NCBI GenBank assembly: GCA_977016875.1
Contig: CDRNST010000122.1
Location: 3,472,001 to 3,536,000, forward strand
Source: Pavona decussata
Lineage: Eukaryota
Reading direction: 5' to 3'
Length of the DNA: 64,000 bases
The notes beneath the pieces were generated by a model. The model saw only the letters and a program-made list of their open reading frames with translations, did not search any database and was not told where the DNA came from. This document shows positions 1-13,300 of the stretch, piece after piece. The stretch's first letter is position 1; each line of letters opens with the position of its first letter. A program made the translations under genes and the position numbers.

Positions 1-303
1 GTCATTAAGTTAGGTTACTATGTTACTCTATCGATACAATTTGGAATCATAACCAAAACTTCTACGCTTGTTGATTCATGCAATATGGGCCAATTCCAGG
101 CTTTCTATCCATGCAAGATTCGCATTCCAATTTTGGATCCTGCACCGGTCTTGAAAAAAAACATTGCAACGGCTTATAAAGGTGTTGCCGAGGCATGCAA
201 ATTTGAAAGGATGAGATCCCAAGTCGACCGGTGCGACCAAGACTGAATTACACAACAACTAAATAGTTTACACCGTATATCAAAGGTGGCCTACATGACG
301 CAA

Positions 304-345
304 ACAACAACAACAACAACAACAACAAACAAACAAACAAAAAAC
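304..345. repeat. (CAA)n/(CAAA)n microsatellite
   Basis: Direct inspection. Confidence 0.9.
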
Positions 346-1744
346 AGAAAGAATGGACCGTAACCCTAAAAAGCTCTAAAACACTAAAGCTGTGTGATAC
401 ACAGATCCAATGAAAGATTCTGAAGCGCTGCGTGCTATCTGCACACAATGCTCACTTACTAAAACAAAATAATGCAAAATACAAAACGTTTGATGTTAAA
501 ATACGAAAATCTATACATCTATCAGTGAGGTATTTAACAAAAAAAGTAAGCAACTACGTTTAAAATAAAAGTATTGTCTGCTAAATCTAGAAATAAGCAA
601 AAATCTTGTACAGCACGAAGAACTCTTCAGTGCAACGCGTTCTAATATCGTAGCCATCCCACAAACGTTTGCACTTTTGAATTTCATTGGTGAAATTCGC
701 GCCAAAATCGAGTCAACTGGGGTGGGAGGGGGAGGTAAAGTCAGTGAACGACTTGGTGGTATTCCCGAGTGGGAGGAGGAGATGCTCAAATGGGTGGCCA
801 CGATAAGCAATTCTGTTCTTCAAAAAAAACAAAAAAAACAAACAAAAAAAGATTCGCTGAGAAGTAATCAACAACTTTCCGTCGATAGTCTGATTCTTGC
901 AATGAAACATGTTATTTTAATTTTGCTTCCCTGCGACATGTAAATCATAAAGAAATAAATCCAGGCTGCTAAAACAGTCCGTATCTTTTTAAGTCGGTCC
1001 GTCGTACAAACATAAGCGTTCTTCATACGAAACATCTGGTGCGACAAGGAAATTGAGATAGGTGCTGGGAAGAAACCCCCTGTGAAGATAGCACATGAGA
1101 ATTCCCGCTTTCGGCCGCGTTTCGCGAGTTCACGCTTCACGAAAAGGACTGTTTTGCAGTCTATTAAATGTATGTAAAATCCTCAAGATCGAACCTCTCG
1201 CTAACTCAAGCCAAAGTACCTTTCTTTGAGATACAACCGGACTAATGTGATGTTTGTGAGTGAGGGCTCGAAACGCTACTCTAACCAAAACACATATAGG
1301 GACGAGAACACTGAAAAAGCTATCACCGAATATATCTTTAGCTTCTTAATCAAATGAAAGCAAAGGCAAGGTTTACGCGGGTCTTATTTGCCTATGAATT
1401 AAAAAAAGCCTTTGCACCGGGCTTCGCAATGAACAAGAGGCTAAGGACAAATCGGAAATAACCTTCTATCAATAGAAGACTGTGTTATGCGATTCCTCTT
1501 ATTTATTAAAATCAGCTTATTGCGACTTTCTTGCGCAGAAGCTCAAAGATTAAGGAAAACCGCTGTGCAGCGTGACTGCTGGCGCAAAAACCGAAAAGAT
1601 AAGTTCACTTGTGACTGCACTTCCTTGACCAGCGGATTTCCTCCTATACCTAAAAACGTTACGTGAGCCAATACGAAGAAAACTCTATTTTAACTAAAAT
1701 GAATTACCCTTGAGTCACGCATATACTCGCTATCAAGCCCCTCC

Positions 1745-2029
1745 TCAGCAGTCACTCTCTCCCGGTTCGTCATCAAGCTCCTTCTCTGGTGGTGGACTGG
1801 GTCTGGCAAAAATGCTGGATATATCCGGATATTCCTGTACCTCTGCGCGTGTCTTGTACAAGGGATTAAAGAACCCGGATGCCTCTACAACTTGCGGTTC
1901 ATTACTGACTGGTTTCTTGGGCGTGTCGTAAGTGGGCGTTCCTGTCTTCTGAGTGGCAACTTTCTCCGGTTTGAACGGCACAGCGTAGAGAGCGTTTCCG
2001 TCTTCGTTTGTTTCAGTTGACTTCCTTTG
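1745..2029 (-). CDS. Constant exon C32 (last): cytoplasmic tail QRKSTE...FNPLY...ESDC*
   Basis: Pyrimidine tract + AG acceptor in phase 0; continues the NPxY series; stop at 1745-1747. Confidence 0.8.
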   Translation of the reverse strand, partial: QRKSTETNEDGNALYAVPFKPEKVATQKTGTPTYDTPKKPVSNEPQVVEASGFFNPLYKTRAEVQEYPDISSIFARPSPPPEKELDDEPGESDC

Positions 2030-5000
2030 CTGGAGAAAAATTAAAGAAGGAAAATGAAAACAAATCGTCCACCTTTTACTCTACGGAATACGAACTACAG
2101 TAAACTTAATGGGAATGCATGAAATAATGATAAAATTTACGTGGATTGCAGATGAGTGAAAGACTACCAGATATGCACAAAATAACTCGAAAAGAAAATC
2201 CTTTGGAATAGGAGGGAGTTACGGGAGGTTGGATACATTAAACTGCTCCAACACTTTTAGAAGTCCACTATGACTTGTACAGTAATTTGCCATACTTGGA
2301 GGGACGCTCCCTTCAAATGTCCAATACTTTCGTCTCATTTTAATTTGTTACGTTTGAACACTCAACACTGGACAATTGCAATAAGTCGTGCTATCAGATG
2401 GTTATATTATTGATTTTTTGGCATATGATATTATTTGAATATAGGGCCTCCGTTGAAAACAGTAATTTCATTGTAAATTAGTTGAAGGTGCTACCCTATT
2501 CAAATAAAGATATCATGCCATGTCATGTCCCGACAATCAGGCTCGACTAGTGTAACATTCAATTAAATATTTTGACTCAGAGAGCTTGCGAACATGCTAA
2601 AAATCAGCACTAATTTTTTACCTCTCTATAAGATGTAAACATGGGATTGGCGAAGCCCACAGCCTTAAGTTCCTCTTCCTCCTTTCTTTGTTCCAGTTTG
2701 TCCGGTTTGAAGCTGGTGTACATTGGATTCTCAAAGCCAGTCGTGGATTCAGATCTTTGCACCCTCTTACGCTCATTAGGTTCCTGGTAGATCGGATTGT
2801 CATGCATGGTGACATCTCTGTTGGCTTCCTCTTCTGTCGTTCCGTAAATCGGGTTGAAAGCTCCCATGGGCTGCTCCGCCTCTTGTTTAGCCATTTGATG
2901 TCTGTACATGATATCTGTGTACGTTTCGTCGTCATTTTCTCTGTACCGCTCTTGTTTTATGAACCTGCGTTGTTTTTCGCTTAGTCTGTTCCTCCGGCAA
3001 AGCAGGAGTCCCAAGAGGACGACAATCAACAGAAGCCCCCCGGTACCAGCGATGACGTAATACGTAAGCATGCTCGTCGAATGACGCTGGTTCTTCAGTG
3101 GCATGTCGTTAGCTTCCACAGGAACACAGTTTGAAATGCCCAAAAATTCTATTCTGTGCGCGGTGGACTTACAAAGCCTGTAATTAAAATCACCAGGTGA
3201 CCCACTTGTGATGTATTTGTTATTAACACACGTGTTATTAATACTGCACAAAACAGCCTTTACTGGAACACCCACAAGTTTAGTGTCCGACTTCACGATG
3301 ACAACAAACTCTACAACTGAGGGATTGTCTTCTGACGTGCTTCTCTTAGCTTTGGCTGTGTGTGTCAGACTTGGACTAATGATAAACACGTCCTCCACAT
3401 TAACCCAGCTTGAATCGTACTCATCTTTTGTTACCTCGGTCATCGGAAACGTAAGTCCTTCTATGATCTGCTCAAGTTGATACTGCCACTGCGGACTTGA
3501 CGCATCCTCACCTTCAGGAAAATATAACACTACCACAGCGTCTGATGATATACATTGAATTGCATTATACTTGTCGACGTTTGGTGGGACGCAAATTTCT
3601 GTCTTTTCGCATGATTCCTCTTTACACTCACCGGGCTTTCTCTGACAGACAGTTCCTTCGAAGCCTGCCGAGCAGTTACAAGTGAAGCTGCCTACTCCAT
3701 CCACGCAGGCCCCTTCCACGCACGGCTCACTCGCACAATCGTCTATATTCGTTTCACAGTGTACGCCAGTGTATCCAACCGCGCAAAAACAGCTGTATCC
3801 ATTTCTGAAAGGCGTACAAGTAGCACTGTGGTTGCATGGATTCGACAAACAGAGATCAATGAGTGTGCAGTCCGTTCCATTGTGGTATCCACTGGGACAC
3901 GTGCAGTTATAGTAGTTTACATAATCATGACAAGTGCCACCGAAACTGCACGGATTCGGTTGACAATCATCTACATCAGAACAGTTAAAGCCATCCCCCG
4001 TGTATCCTTCATTGCACATGCACGTGTAATTATACCAGTCAACGCGGCTGCACGTGGCGTCCACGTGGCACGCAGCTGATGGACAAGGATCAATTTTGGT
4101 CACATGAACTTCAACTGTACCGTTGAACGATTGCGGAGGAATGCCATTGTCTTCGGCTTCTATCAGAATCTTATATCCTCGAATGATGTAATCATCATAA
4201 CTAAGATGCGACTTCACGGTCAAATACGGCAAGTCTTTCTTTCCACCAGTGACAACCGAAGAATTAGCCGTACATTTATCTTCGATAGCAAACGTGTCCT
4301 GGTAATTCAGTAGAGTGTAATCCACTCTTTGTGTTCGCTCGGGGTTTCTGGATGTGACCTGCGCGATGCAGTAGCCGACAGACACGTTTTCTGGGATTGT
4401 CACGTTTCCTGGAATTAGTCTGATGTCATCTGGTGACTCGTTGACGTCAATCACGCTAATAGTGACGTCACTGATGACGCTGAGTGGAGGTCCTATGAAT
4501 TTCGCGGGCACATCTGTAGCACTGATGGTGACCTTGAGCACGGCTGGGGGATGAAGATTCTCGTAGTTCAGGAAAGATGGATCTTTGACAATGAGGGAGT
4601 TATCACTGTTGTTAACCTGGAGAGAAGAAAATGCAGTTTAGCTGAGGCATGAAACAGCTGGATTGCCCTGAAAGGGAGATCAACTTTCATAGAAAAAAAA
4701 TAGTTACGAGACGCGAATGAAGGTGTCATCATAAACAATATAAATAAATCGCAATGTTTACGGAAAACACATATCATCGCTGAGAAGATTCCAAGTAGGT
4801 CGTCTATATCGAACTTTAATTGGAACTTCTAAATAAATTTTAGTTTTTGACGAGGGAAAAAAGACGAGAATTAGTGAACCTACGAATAATGCCAACTCCA
4901 TCGAGAATCGAACCCAGGCCCCTCTAATGGCATCTACAAGTGGATTGCACAAGCTGTGTTTACACAGAAGCTATTTGATGAACCTCAAAAAGCTATGCTT

Positions 5001-8000
5001 TTCGGACACTATGGAATTCGAATACAAAGATAGCACAATTAAATAAATAAATAAACAAACAAACAAACAAGCAAAGATTTTCCGCTTTGTACTAATTGAC
5101 CTTATCTGGAACGACTCCAGCACCTTTTTTCAGTTAAGAGTTAAGAACTTGAGAGTTCTCAAGTAGGTGAACTTCAAAGTCAACATACCAGATTTATCCG
5201 TTAATGCAGCTTATGTCAATGTGTTTTTTTTATGCAAAAGTGAGCTCTTTCGGTGGCCTATTTTATCACTATTGAGGTGAAATTCACATTTTACATCCTA
5301 ACAATGACGTCGAAAACGAACAAAAGATAGCCATAATTGCTTTCAGACAACAAAAGGAAAATACAGTATTTTGGTTAGTTCAACATATTTTCTTAACCTT
5401 GCTCTTACAAAACTGCGTCTATCAAGGCAAACAATTCTCACCTGGAAAACTGAAGAGTAATTTCCGATGACAGTGAACACGTGACTTTGTCCTATATCCG
5501 GGTCTTTGCAAGTGAGAGGACCAATGACATAGCCCATCTGAACGTTCTCTTCCACGTCGGAGCTGTTCAAACGAATGTCGAACGGAGCTTCGTTAACATC
5601 AGAGAGTTGAACGCTGAAATTCCTTTTAACTGAGTACGGAGGATTCCCGTTGTCTTGGCATTCAACTGCAACTGTTTGGTGCAAAAGTAATAAATGAGAT
5701 ACGAAATAAACCATGCCACGAAAGAAGGAAGCAAGCAAGCAGGAAGGGAAGGAAGGAAGGAAGGAAGGAAGGAAGGAAGGAAGGAAGGAAGAAAGGAAGG
5801 AAGGAAGGAAGGAAGGAAGGAAGGAAATAGGAGAAAATAGGAAGGAAGGAACGTAAAAAATGAAAAGGAAAGCCGAAGTGAAAAGAAAACAGGAAAGAGG
5901 GAGGGACGAAAGAAAATGAAATTAATCGGAGTAAATGAAATGAAGACATATTTATTAGGTCACAGTCGCCTTCCACCATAGGGTCCTACCCCCACACCAC
6001 GAAAAAACATCCAGAAGTCGCCTTCACCAAACTCAACTATGTGTCTTTAATTTCTGTGAATACGAGGCTGAGAAAGAGCGGCTACCAATTCTCAGAATAT
6101 AATCAAGACAAATAAAGGGAATAAAGTAAAGGGAATTGCTATCCCCATCTACCTTGAATTGGAGCGTCCAAAAGGCTTTCATAATCCAGGTTAGCGCCTT
6201 GCTTGACGCGAATCTCTGAGGACGACTTAGACAACGGGCTAACATAAAAGTAATCTCCTCCTCCCAGGAGTATACAACTGTGTTGCTGTCCCACGTCTTC
6301 ATCAACAACACTTGTGTTGACTAACGAGGTTCCACCCGGGCTGTTCTCGGGTAACACGATCGTGTACGAGACGTTGTCGGGTGTCGAGTGAGACGAGTTC
6401 AAGATTATTTCCGACGGCGGGTCGTTGCAGTCCAGAACAGAAATACTCAGGAGTCCCTACAATTGAGAATGAAGAATTTAACCTTCCCCAAAGTACGAAA
6501 TCTTGTACTTTCGGCTTCCTTTTATTCAGTCCATTTTGCTTTCAGGAACATATTCTCATTGTAAAAACGGACTGTGTTAGCCTATGGGCTGCAGGAACAC
6601 ACGAAAACCGTCTGTGTTACGACAAGCAATCCCTAATATATCGAATATTGCACGACATCGATCAGGTTCTAAAGCAACTTGAATGAATATGTTTATTCTT
6701 TTACCCCTAATGTTTGTGTCCTATGAGCCTCGCTATCAGGATGATCTTGGACATTTCGAAATGAGGAAAAACAAATGTTTGAACAAACCTGTACTGAGAG
6801 GGGAGGGGAGCCATTATCAGTAGCACTGACGTTAATGTTGATGACTGGTGTAGCTTCGTAATCCAGTGAAACGTTATTCAGCAACAAGCTGCTTCCACTG
6901 GCAAAAAACAAATCTAAAAGAAATTGAAAAACAAAGATCATTATTATTTTAACTCACTCATTTCATATCTGCCGATTTCAGAAGCATTGAGTGTTGGGGC
7001 TTCGTATGTTTTGAAATAGCCTTCAGTCTGTAACTATAACTACTAATACTGGAAACAAGCGCGTGTTTAACTCAAACTTACCTCTGCCAACAGTTACACT
7101 GAAGAAATGAGTTTGATTGGCATCTTGATCTTGAGCCCGCAAGGTGCCCACAACTGTTCCTGCGGTAGCATTCTCATAGATTCCCCCGGATGTAAGACTT
7201 ATTACAGTGGGTGGGTCATTCGTGTCAATCACCTGAAAACAAATAAACGTAACTGTAATTGACATTAAGAAAAACTGAGGCTGCTTATGAAATATGCAAC
7301 TGAATTAAAAGCGTCTGAGATACTGTTCACATTCTCACAAATAATTCATGAAGAAAAAAAACAAAACAAAACAAAAACAAAGGGAATCACTACCGTGGCG
7401 GAGGACATGTGATTTTAACTACCATAAAGTTTGGTACACTTTTGCGTTGAATTATAAACGGTTTGAGAACCTGTTGTTCTCTCATCACTCTGCAGTGAAA
7501 CGAGAACAAATCATTTGAACAAAAAGATCATGTGTGTAATTCGTCCTTACCTGGATAGTGAAGGAGAGACTGGTATTGAGAGGCGGGTTACCGCTGTCCG
7601 TTGCAACCACTGTCACTTTGTACGAGCTTTGAACCTCGAAATCAAGCGTCCTTGTTGTCACCAGTCTTTTTCTTCTCAACTCAAAGGCGTTGGGCCCTGG
7701 TGACTGGTCTTTAATAGCCAGAGAGACATTGGCTTGTCCTGAAAACTGTACGTTTAAATGGAAAAAGCAAAAATTGAGATCAAAGCAGGTCAGAAAGTGA
7801 CCAGATGTTCACGCAAATACTAATGCAAATCTACTAGAAATGAGAACTTGAAAACATGGAAAAACGGCTGATTATACCTCGCCGTACTAATGTCAAAAGC
7901 TTTTCAAACGCATTTTTATTCACTGCAATGCAATTGGAAAACAACTGCTCTTTTCTTACCGGGAAGTCTGGATCACGAACACTGAGCATGCTCACTAATA

Positions 8001-10316
8001 CACCAGGGGGTTCGTTTTCGTTCACAGTCTGGGACGAGATTGACAGATTGTATGGAGCCTCGTTTACGTCAAGGACATTAATGACGAACAGTGACGACAC
8101 AGACAGTGGACTGGGTAAGAGCTCGGAACAGTTGACCTGACAAAGGAAATAAAGAGATAGATGTATAAATATTAGATGTTTTGGAGCTTGTGCTATTACA
8201 AAATAATTTTAGGACATGTGCTGTCAGTTTTGACAACGCGGCAGGGCGAGTCAAAATATACAAACAACCAGTAAAACAGTGACGCTACACACCAAAACGT
8301 CTAATGAGAGATTTGTTATACAAACGAATTTTCTATGTCTTCTATTAAACGTATCAAAGAAATCTGATGAGCGTCTGTGCGGTTTGGTACATACTTTGGC
8401 TAAAGCCTTTTAAAAATCATGGCGACTTCATTGATACTAAAATAAAATCAATGTACGTTGGGCTGAGAAGTGATTTACAGGAATTATAAAAATTTTTCAC
8501 CATTGCAAGCCGCTAACGGTATAAATACAAACAATTATTTAGCCTTTGTTTGACAAGAGTCACAGATCAAACAAACTCTGTGTCCTTACATCTTGTATTA
8601 CATAAAACTGGAACTGCAAGTGTTCTATGGAAAGAGAAAAACTGGAAGAGCCAAAACAAATTCCTTGGAGCAGGATGTGAACGAAAATAGCCACTTGTAT
8701 AACTACAAAGTCTTTACTTGAAACATGGTCACGGAGTACTCTCCCCACACCACTCCCCACTGTTTCATACCTCCGCCCTAGATGAAATGCTTGAACCTTT
8801 ATCCTGAAAACTCCTTTATCGTCCAATAAAATGGAGTGGCTTATTTTGCTCAGTAAAAACTATAATTAAAATGTGACATTAATCTGGAAAATCGTGGTTA
8901 ACTTACATTCACTGTGTACATGTCAACTTGTTCGTAATCTAAGGTGTTGTCAGAAACTACCAGAGTTACATGGTTAACAACCTGAAAATACAATGAAATT
9001 GTTAACATCACACTATTCAGGACAGTGTAATCCGTCAAATATACGGTCACGGACCAGTACGCCTTATTTCTCCCAAAAATCTTTATTCTCTCTTGTTTCA
9101 AGTGCTAATAAGCACTGAAACAAAGGTGCGCTTTGTCACTTCCTCAGAATCACTGAAAAGTATCGTTCAAAATTTCAAGAAAGCAGCAAATTTTGGTGAA
9201 AGATGTATCTTTGAGATGGCAAAACCTTTAAGTAATGCAATGTTCATATTTTCATTTCACTCTGTACGCACAATATGTATCCAACAATGAAAACATCTCA
9301 GCGAAGCACTTACTTTAAATGGCCCACCTCCCAGCACAACACAGTGGAACTTTTGTAAGGGAAGATGAAGGTTGTCAGGATCGTACACTGTCAAGTTACC
9401 AACAACTGTTCCAACGGGACTGTTCTCGGGAATCTGAAACATTTTAAACAAGGCTGTTTAAAACAAAAGCTGTTTAGGTGCAAACTGTTGTAGAACCTTC
9501 AAGAAAATCTCTCGAATTTGACCTTAATATGAGGCAAATATGTTCTCCATGTGAGCCATTTTTGCGTTTCCCGGATGAGAAAATGAGCGTGGCAAAAATG
9601 GTTTCCGATGGCGGGTTAATATCGCAGCCTTAGTTTTGAGTGTTCTAGCTTCAGAGAAAACTGTTTTGTTTCTAGCCGGATCGACGCATATGTGTCATCC
9701 AACATGCCTCAAAATGCCTAACCTTAATACAAACAATTCTGCCGATTGAAAAAAGAAATTGTGTGGGAAATGGCAAAACAAAAAACTCTGTCCAATATGA
9801 AGTACGTTTTTTCACAGTAACGTGCATTTCTGGTCAAAAGTGGACGAAACTCACAAGTCTGTCATACATTACCTTGTTGTTATTCAGTGAGATATTTTGC
9901 GGCTTTTCATTGACGTTATTAATGCTGACCACAAACGAGCTTGTCACTGAGTAAGGTGGAAAACCGCTGTCTGTACTGTTCACAGTCACTGTGTAGTTGG
10001 CGTACTGTTCGTAATCGAGTCCAGACTTCTGAAGAGTAACCCGGCCGGAAGGCGATTCAACCATGAATAGGTTAAGAAGACCAGCGGAACTACAGAGAGA
10101 AAGCAAAAGTTAATTGTAAAATTATAAATGCTAAAAAAACCCCTTAAAATCGGTTATGATGGTTTTCTGATGGGACAACGAAGGTGTACACTTCTTGCAC
10201 TAGGTTTCTTTCCGCGTGTCGTTCAGTCTCTCTCGATGATCAGTTAAAAAATACTTTAAACAGAGAATTTGACACAACTCATAACTGAAGGGATGGTAGG
10301 ATAACTTTATTATTAT

Positions 10317-10355
<39 letters not shown>

Positions 10356-13300
10356 TCAATACTCGTTAGCTTGCTATGGTATGAATCCAATATAAAATTC
10401 CCTATTGCCATATCAGTTTGTCAAGACGCCAGCTCACGTTTCTTAGCAACCACGCTTAGAAAAGCACAAACAAAAACACCAACCCAAACCCGTCAAGAAA
10501 CAAAACGATAAACGAATATAACTTCATACCTCTGGGTATGATGTCCCTGTCCAACCACATCAGTTATCTTGTACTGGTGCGTCTGCCCGACATCCTGATC
10601 AGCGGTTGTCACAGTGCCTATGTACTCCCCGGACAGATTGTTTTCGCTTACACTAAGTGGTCCGCTAGCTGATATGCCCGTGGGCGGATCATTTCTGTCT
10701 TTGACGATCACCGTGAAATTCTTTGTCGTGCTAAGACCTACGAAAATTAACATTACACTATTATTCTTTCTTACCATCCTCAAATACTCAGGTACAGATT
10801 ACCGCGGTGGACAAGGGTCAGGATTGCGCGCACTTTTTCTGATCTTCCTGAGTGATTAATAGAATTTTTCTCCTCACTGCATCAATACATTATCTTACGT
10901 ACTAAAAAATCAAACAGTGAACAACAATGTTTGAAAAACAGTTGGCCAAAGGAAAAAAGAGTTTCTAAAAACAAACGAGAATATCTCCATCTGCTCTTTT
11001 GGTAAAATGTTCTTGCTTTTCATCTTGCACTTTCTTCAGTTGTGAAGGCCGTTTACAAGGAAGAAGCTGTGGTGATTAGAGAGACACTGAGTTACTCGTC
11101 CGAGTTCATATCGCGCAGACGTTATTGTAGAATAGATCTGTAATAGGACCTTAACACCCAGAGCCTCAGCCTCTTATATAAAGCCTTGGAGTTAAAGGGG
11201 AAGTATTACGCAAATCTACTGTCATTTCATAACCCAAAAATGTTTGTCTGTCAGGTAGAAACAAAGAAATAATTGTCAAGTTTGTTATAAATTTTCACCC
11301 CAGTGCAATAAAACTGTCGATTAGTGCCTCTGGCCAGAGACAGATTAGGTCGGTATGGATTGAAACTTGAAAAATGCTAGGCTAATGTTTTTCAAGTTCT
11401 TGCATTTTTGTTTCTAAAAAGTGCTTGAACAGATCACGAGTTGTTCCTTTCAAGAATTAAGTTGACTTCTTTCCTCTCGTCATTCTTGAATTATTTGGCA
11501 GCTGATTGAAGGTCTTATTTCACCATTTTTAACAAAACACACCAAAAACCCCATGACACTTCCCCTTTAACCTCTTCCCGAGATGTAGTTTTAGAACGCC
11601 TCTTGGGGGACCTTTGGAACACTCCGGTTCAAATAGCCAATCAAAGATGAGTAGTGACAATTAAATCGTGATACGTACGTCATTCCTTTACGCGGGAAAA
11701 GCAGTTCTAAAAATAAATCTACTCGGGAAAGGGTTGACTCAAGGAATTAATACAGACAGAGGCTCCTAGTCGTCGGCTCCTGATTTATGGTCACCTTTGT
11801 TATCCGTAGATTTTATAGTCAGCCGCCAAGTATTCTTGGTTTCGTAATCCAAGCTTCTTGTCGTGTTTAGAGCGCCATTGTCAATTACGAAAGGAATGCT
11901 CCCAGGGGGACCCACAATATCATAGGTAAATGTCTGCACCACAGTCTTCTCATTATCCGGGTCAGCAGTATCCAGGACTCCCACAGTGACAATCCCAGCA
12001 TTCTCAGCGACCTCGTTAATAGATAGCGTAATATCATAGGGCTTCTCATTGACATCAACGACATTGATCCGAACAGTCTTGTCTACTGACAAAGCCGGCT
12101 TTCCATTATCTCGACAACGCAGGTTCACATTGTAGCTCTTTGTCTTCTCATAGTTCAAATTCCCGGTTACAACAAGATAATTTGATGATGAGTTGACCTT
12201 AAAAGGCGCATTGACAGCATTAAGGACAACACAGGAGTGACTCTGCCAGGGTCCTCTAGGTCCCTTGTCATCAGGGTCTGATACTGAAATGTTACTGACC
12301 AGAGTGCCTTGAGGGCGGTTTTCTTGAACACTGCCTGAGGACAAAATGATGTCCGTCGGTCGCTCGTTAACGTCACGAACCTAAATAAGGGAAGAATTGT
12401 GAGATGACTGAAACAAAATAAGAAAGCCAGTCACCGTTTAGTCACCAGATCTAACAAACTATAAACGACAGGCGACCGAAAACAAAATGGATTGAAAAGA
12501 AGACTTGTGCTGGCGCCCTGTCGGATTTGAACTCCGCCCTTCATGTATGGAAGGATGTCACGTACACTGTCGCATATCCACTACAATAGCCAGGTAAAAG
12601 TGACAGGGGGAAGGAAAGGAAGAAACTATTCAGAGTTCGTGTCAACTTAGGGTTGCAATGACGCGACCCAAACAAAAAAAAGTCGCACCACTTTCCCAAT
12701 CAGTAAGAAGTAACACAACACCAATAGGGTCTTGAAGCAACTATTTTCCCGCGCAAAGCACTCGTTACATTTATTTGCTTTACAATTGGTTCATTGGGAT
12801 GTTCGCGTTTACTCTGATTGGCCGGAATGACTACTTTGATTTGGTTCAAATTTTTCTCTAGGAGGAAAACAAACATACCTGAATAGTAAACGTTTTATCA
12901 ACGCTCAGCCTTGGACTTCCATTATCCCGGCTTCTCACCGCTATAGAGTATGTCGACTTCCGTTCGTAATCCAAGTTTGCGAAAAGTGAGGTATAAATCT
13001 TGTTTCCACGGAGCCTAAACTTCCAACCGCCGTTATTTATTAAGCTGTAGCTATGCGTCTGGCGGGTGTCTTCATCAATAGTCGCCAAATCACCAACAAA
13101 ACCGTTATTAACGTTCTCGTCGATAAAAGCAGTATCGCCTCCAGCTAAGGTTATATTGCTTGGCCGGTCATTAATATCGAGTATCATAACCTTAAACGGC
13201 TGGACGTGGAATAAGCTGCTATTATCAGTCACGCGAACCAAGATATCTTCAGTGGAGCTTGCTTCATAGTCGAGGTCACCGCTGACCTTAAACAGCGTCG

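Noticed and set aside
2688-4313. Plus-strand ORFs overlapping the cadherin exons (here and elsewhere)
   Set aside because: Antisense shadows of the real coding exons, with no independent motifs.
4880-4950. tRNA-like B-box (GGTTCGATTC on the minus strand)
   Set aside because: No cloverleaf could be folded; likely a decayed tRNA-derived SINE head.
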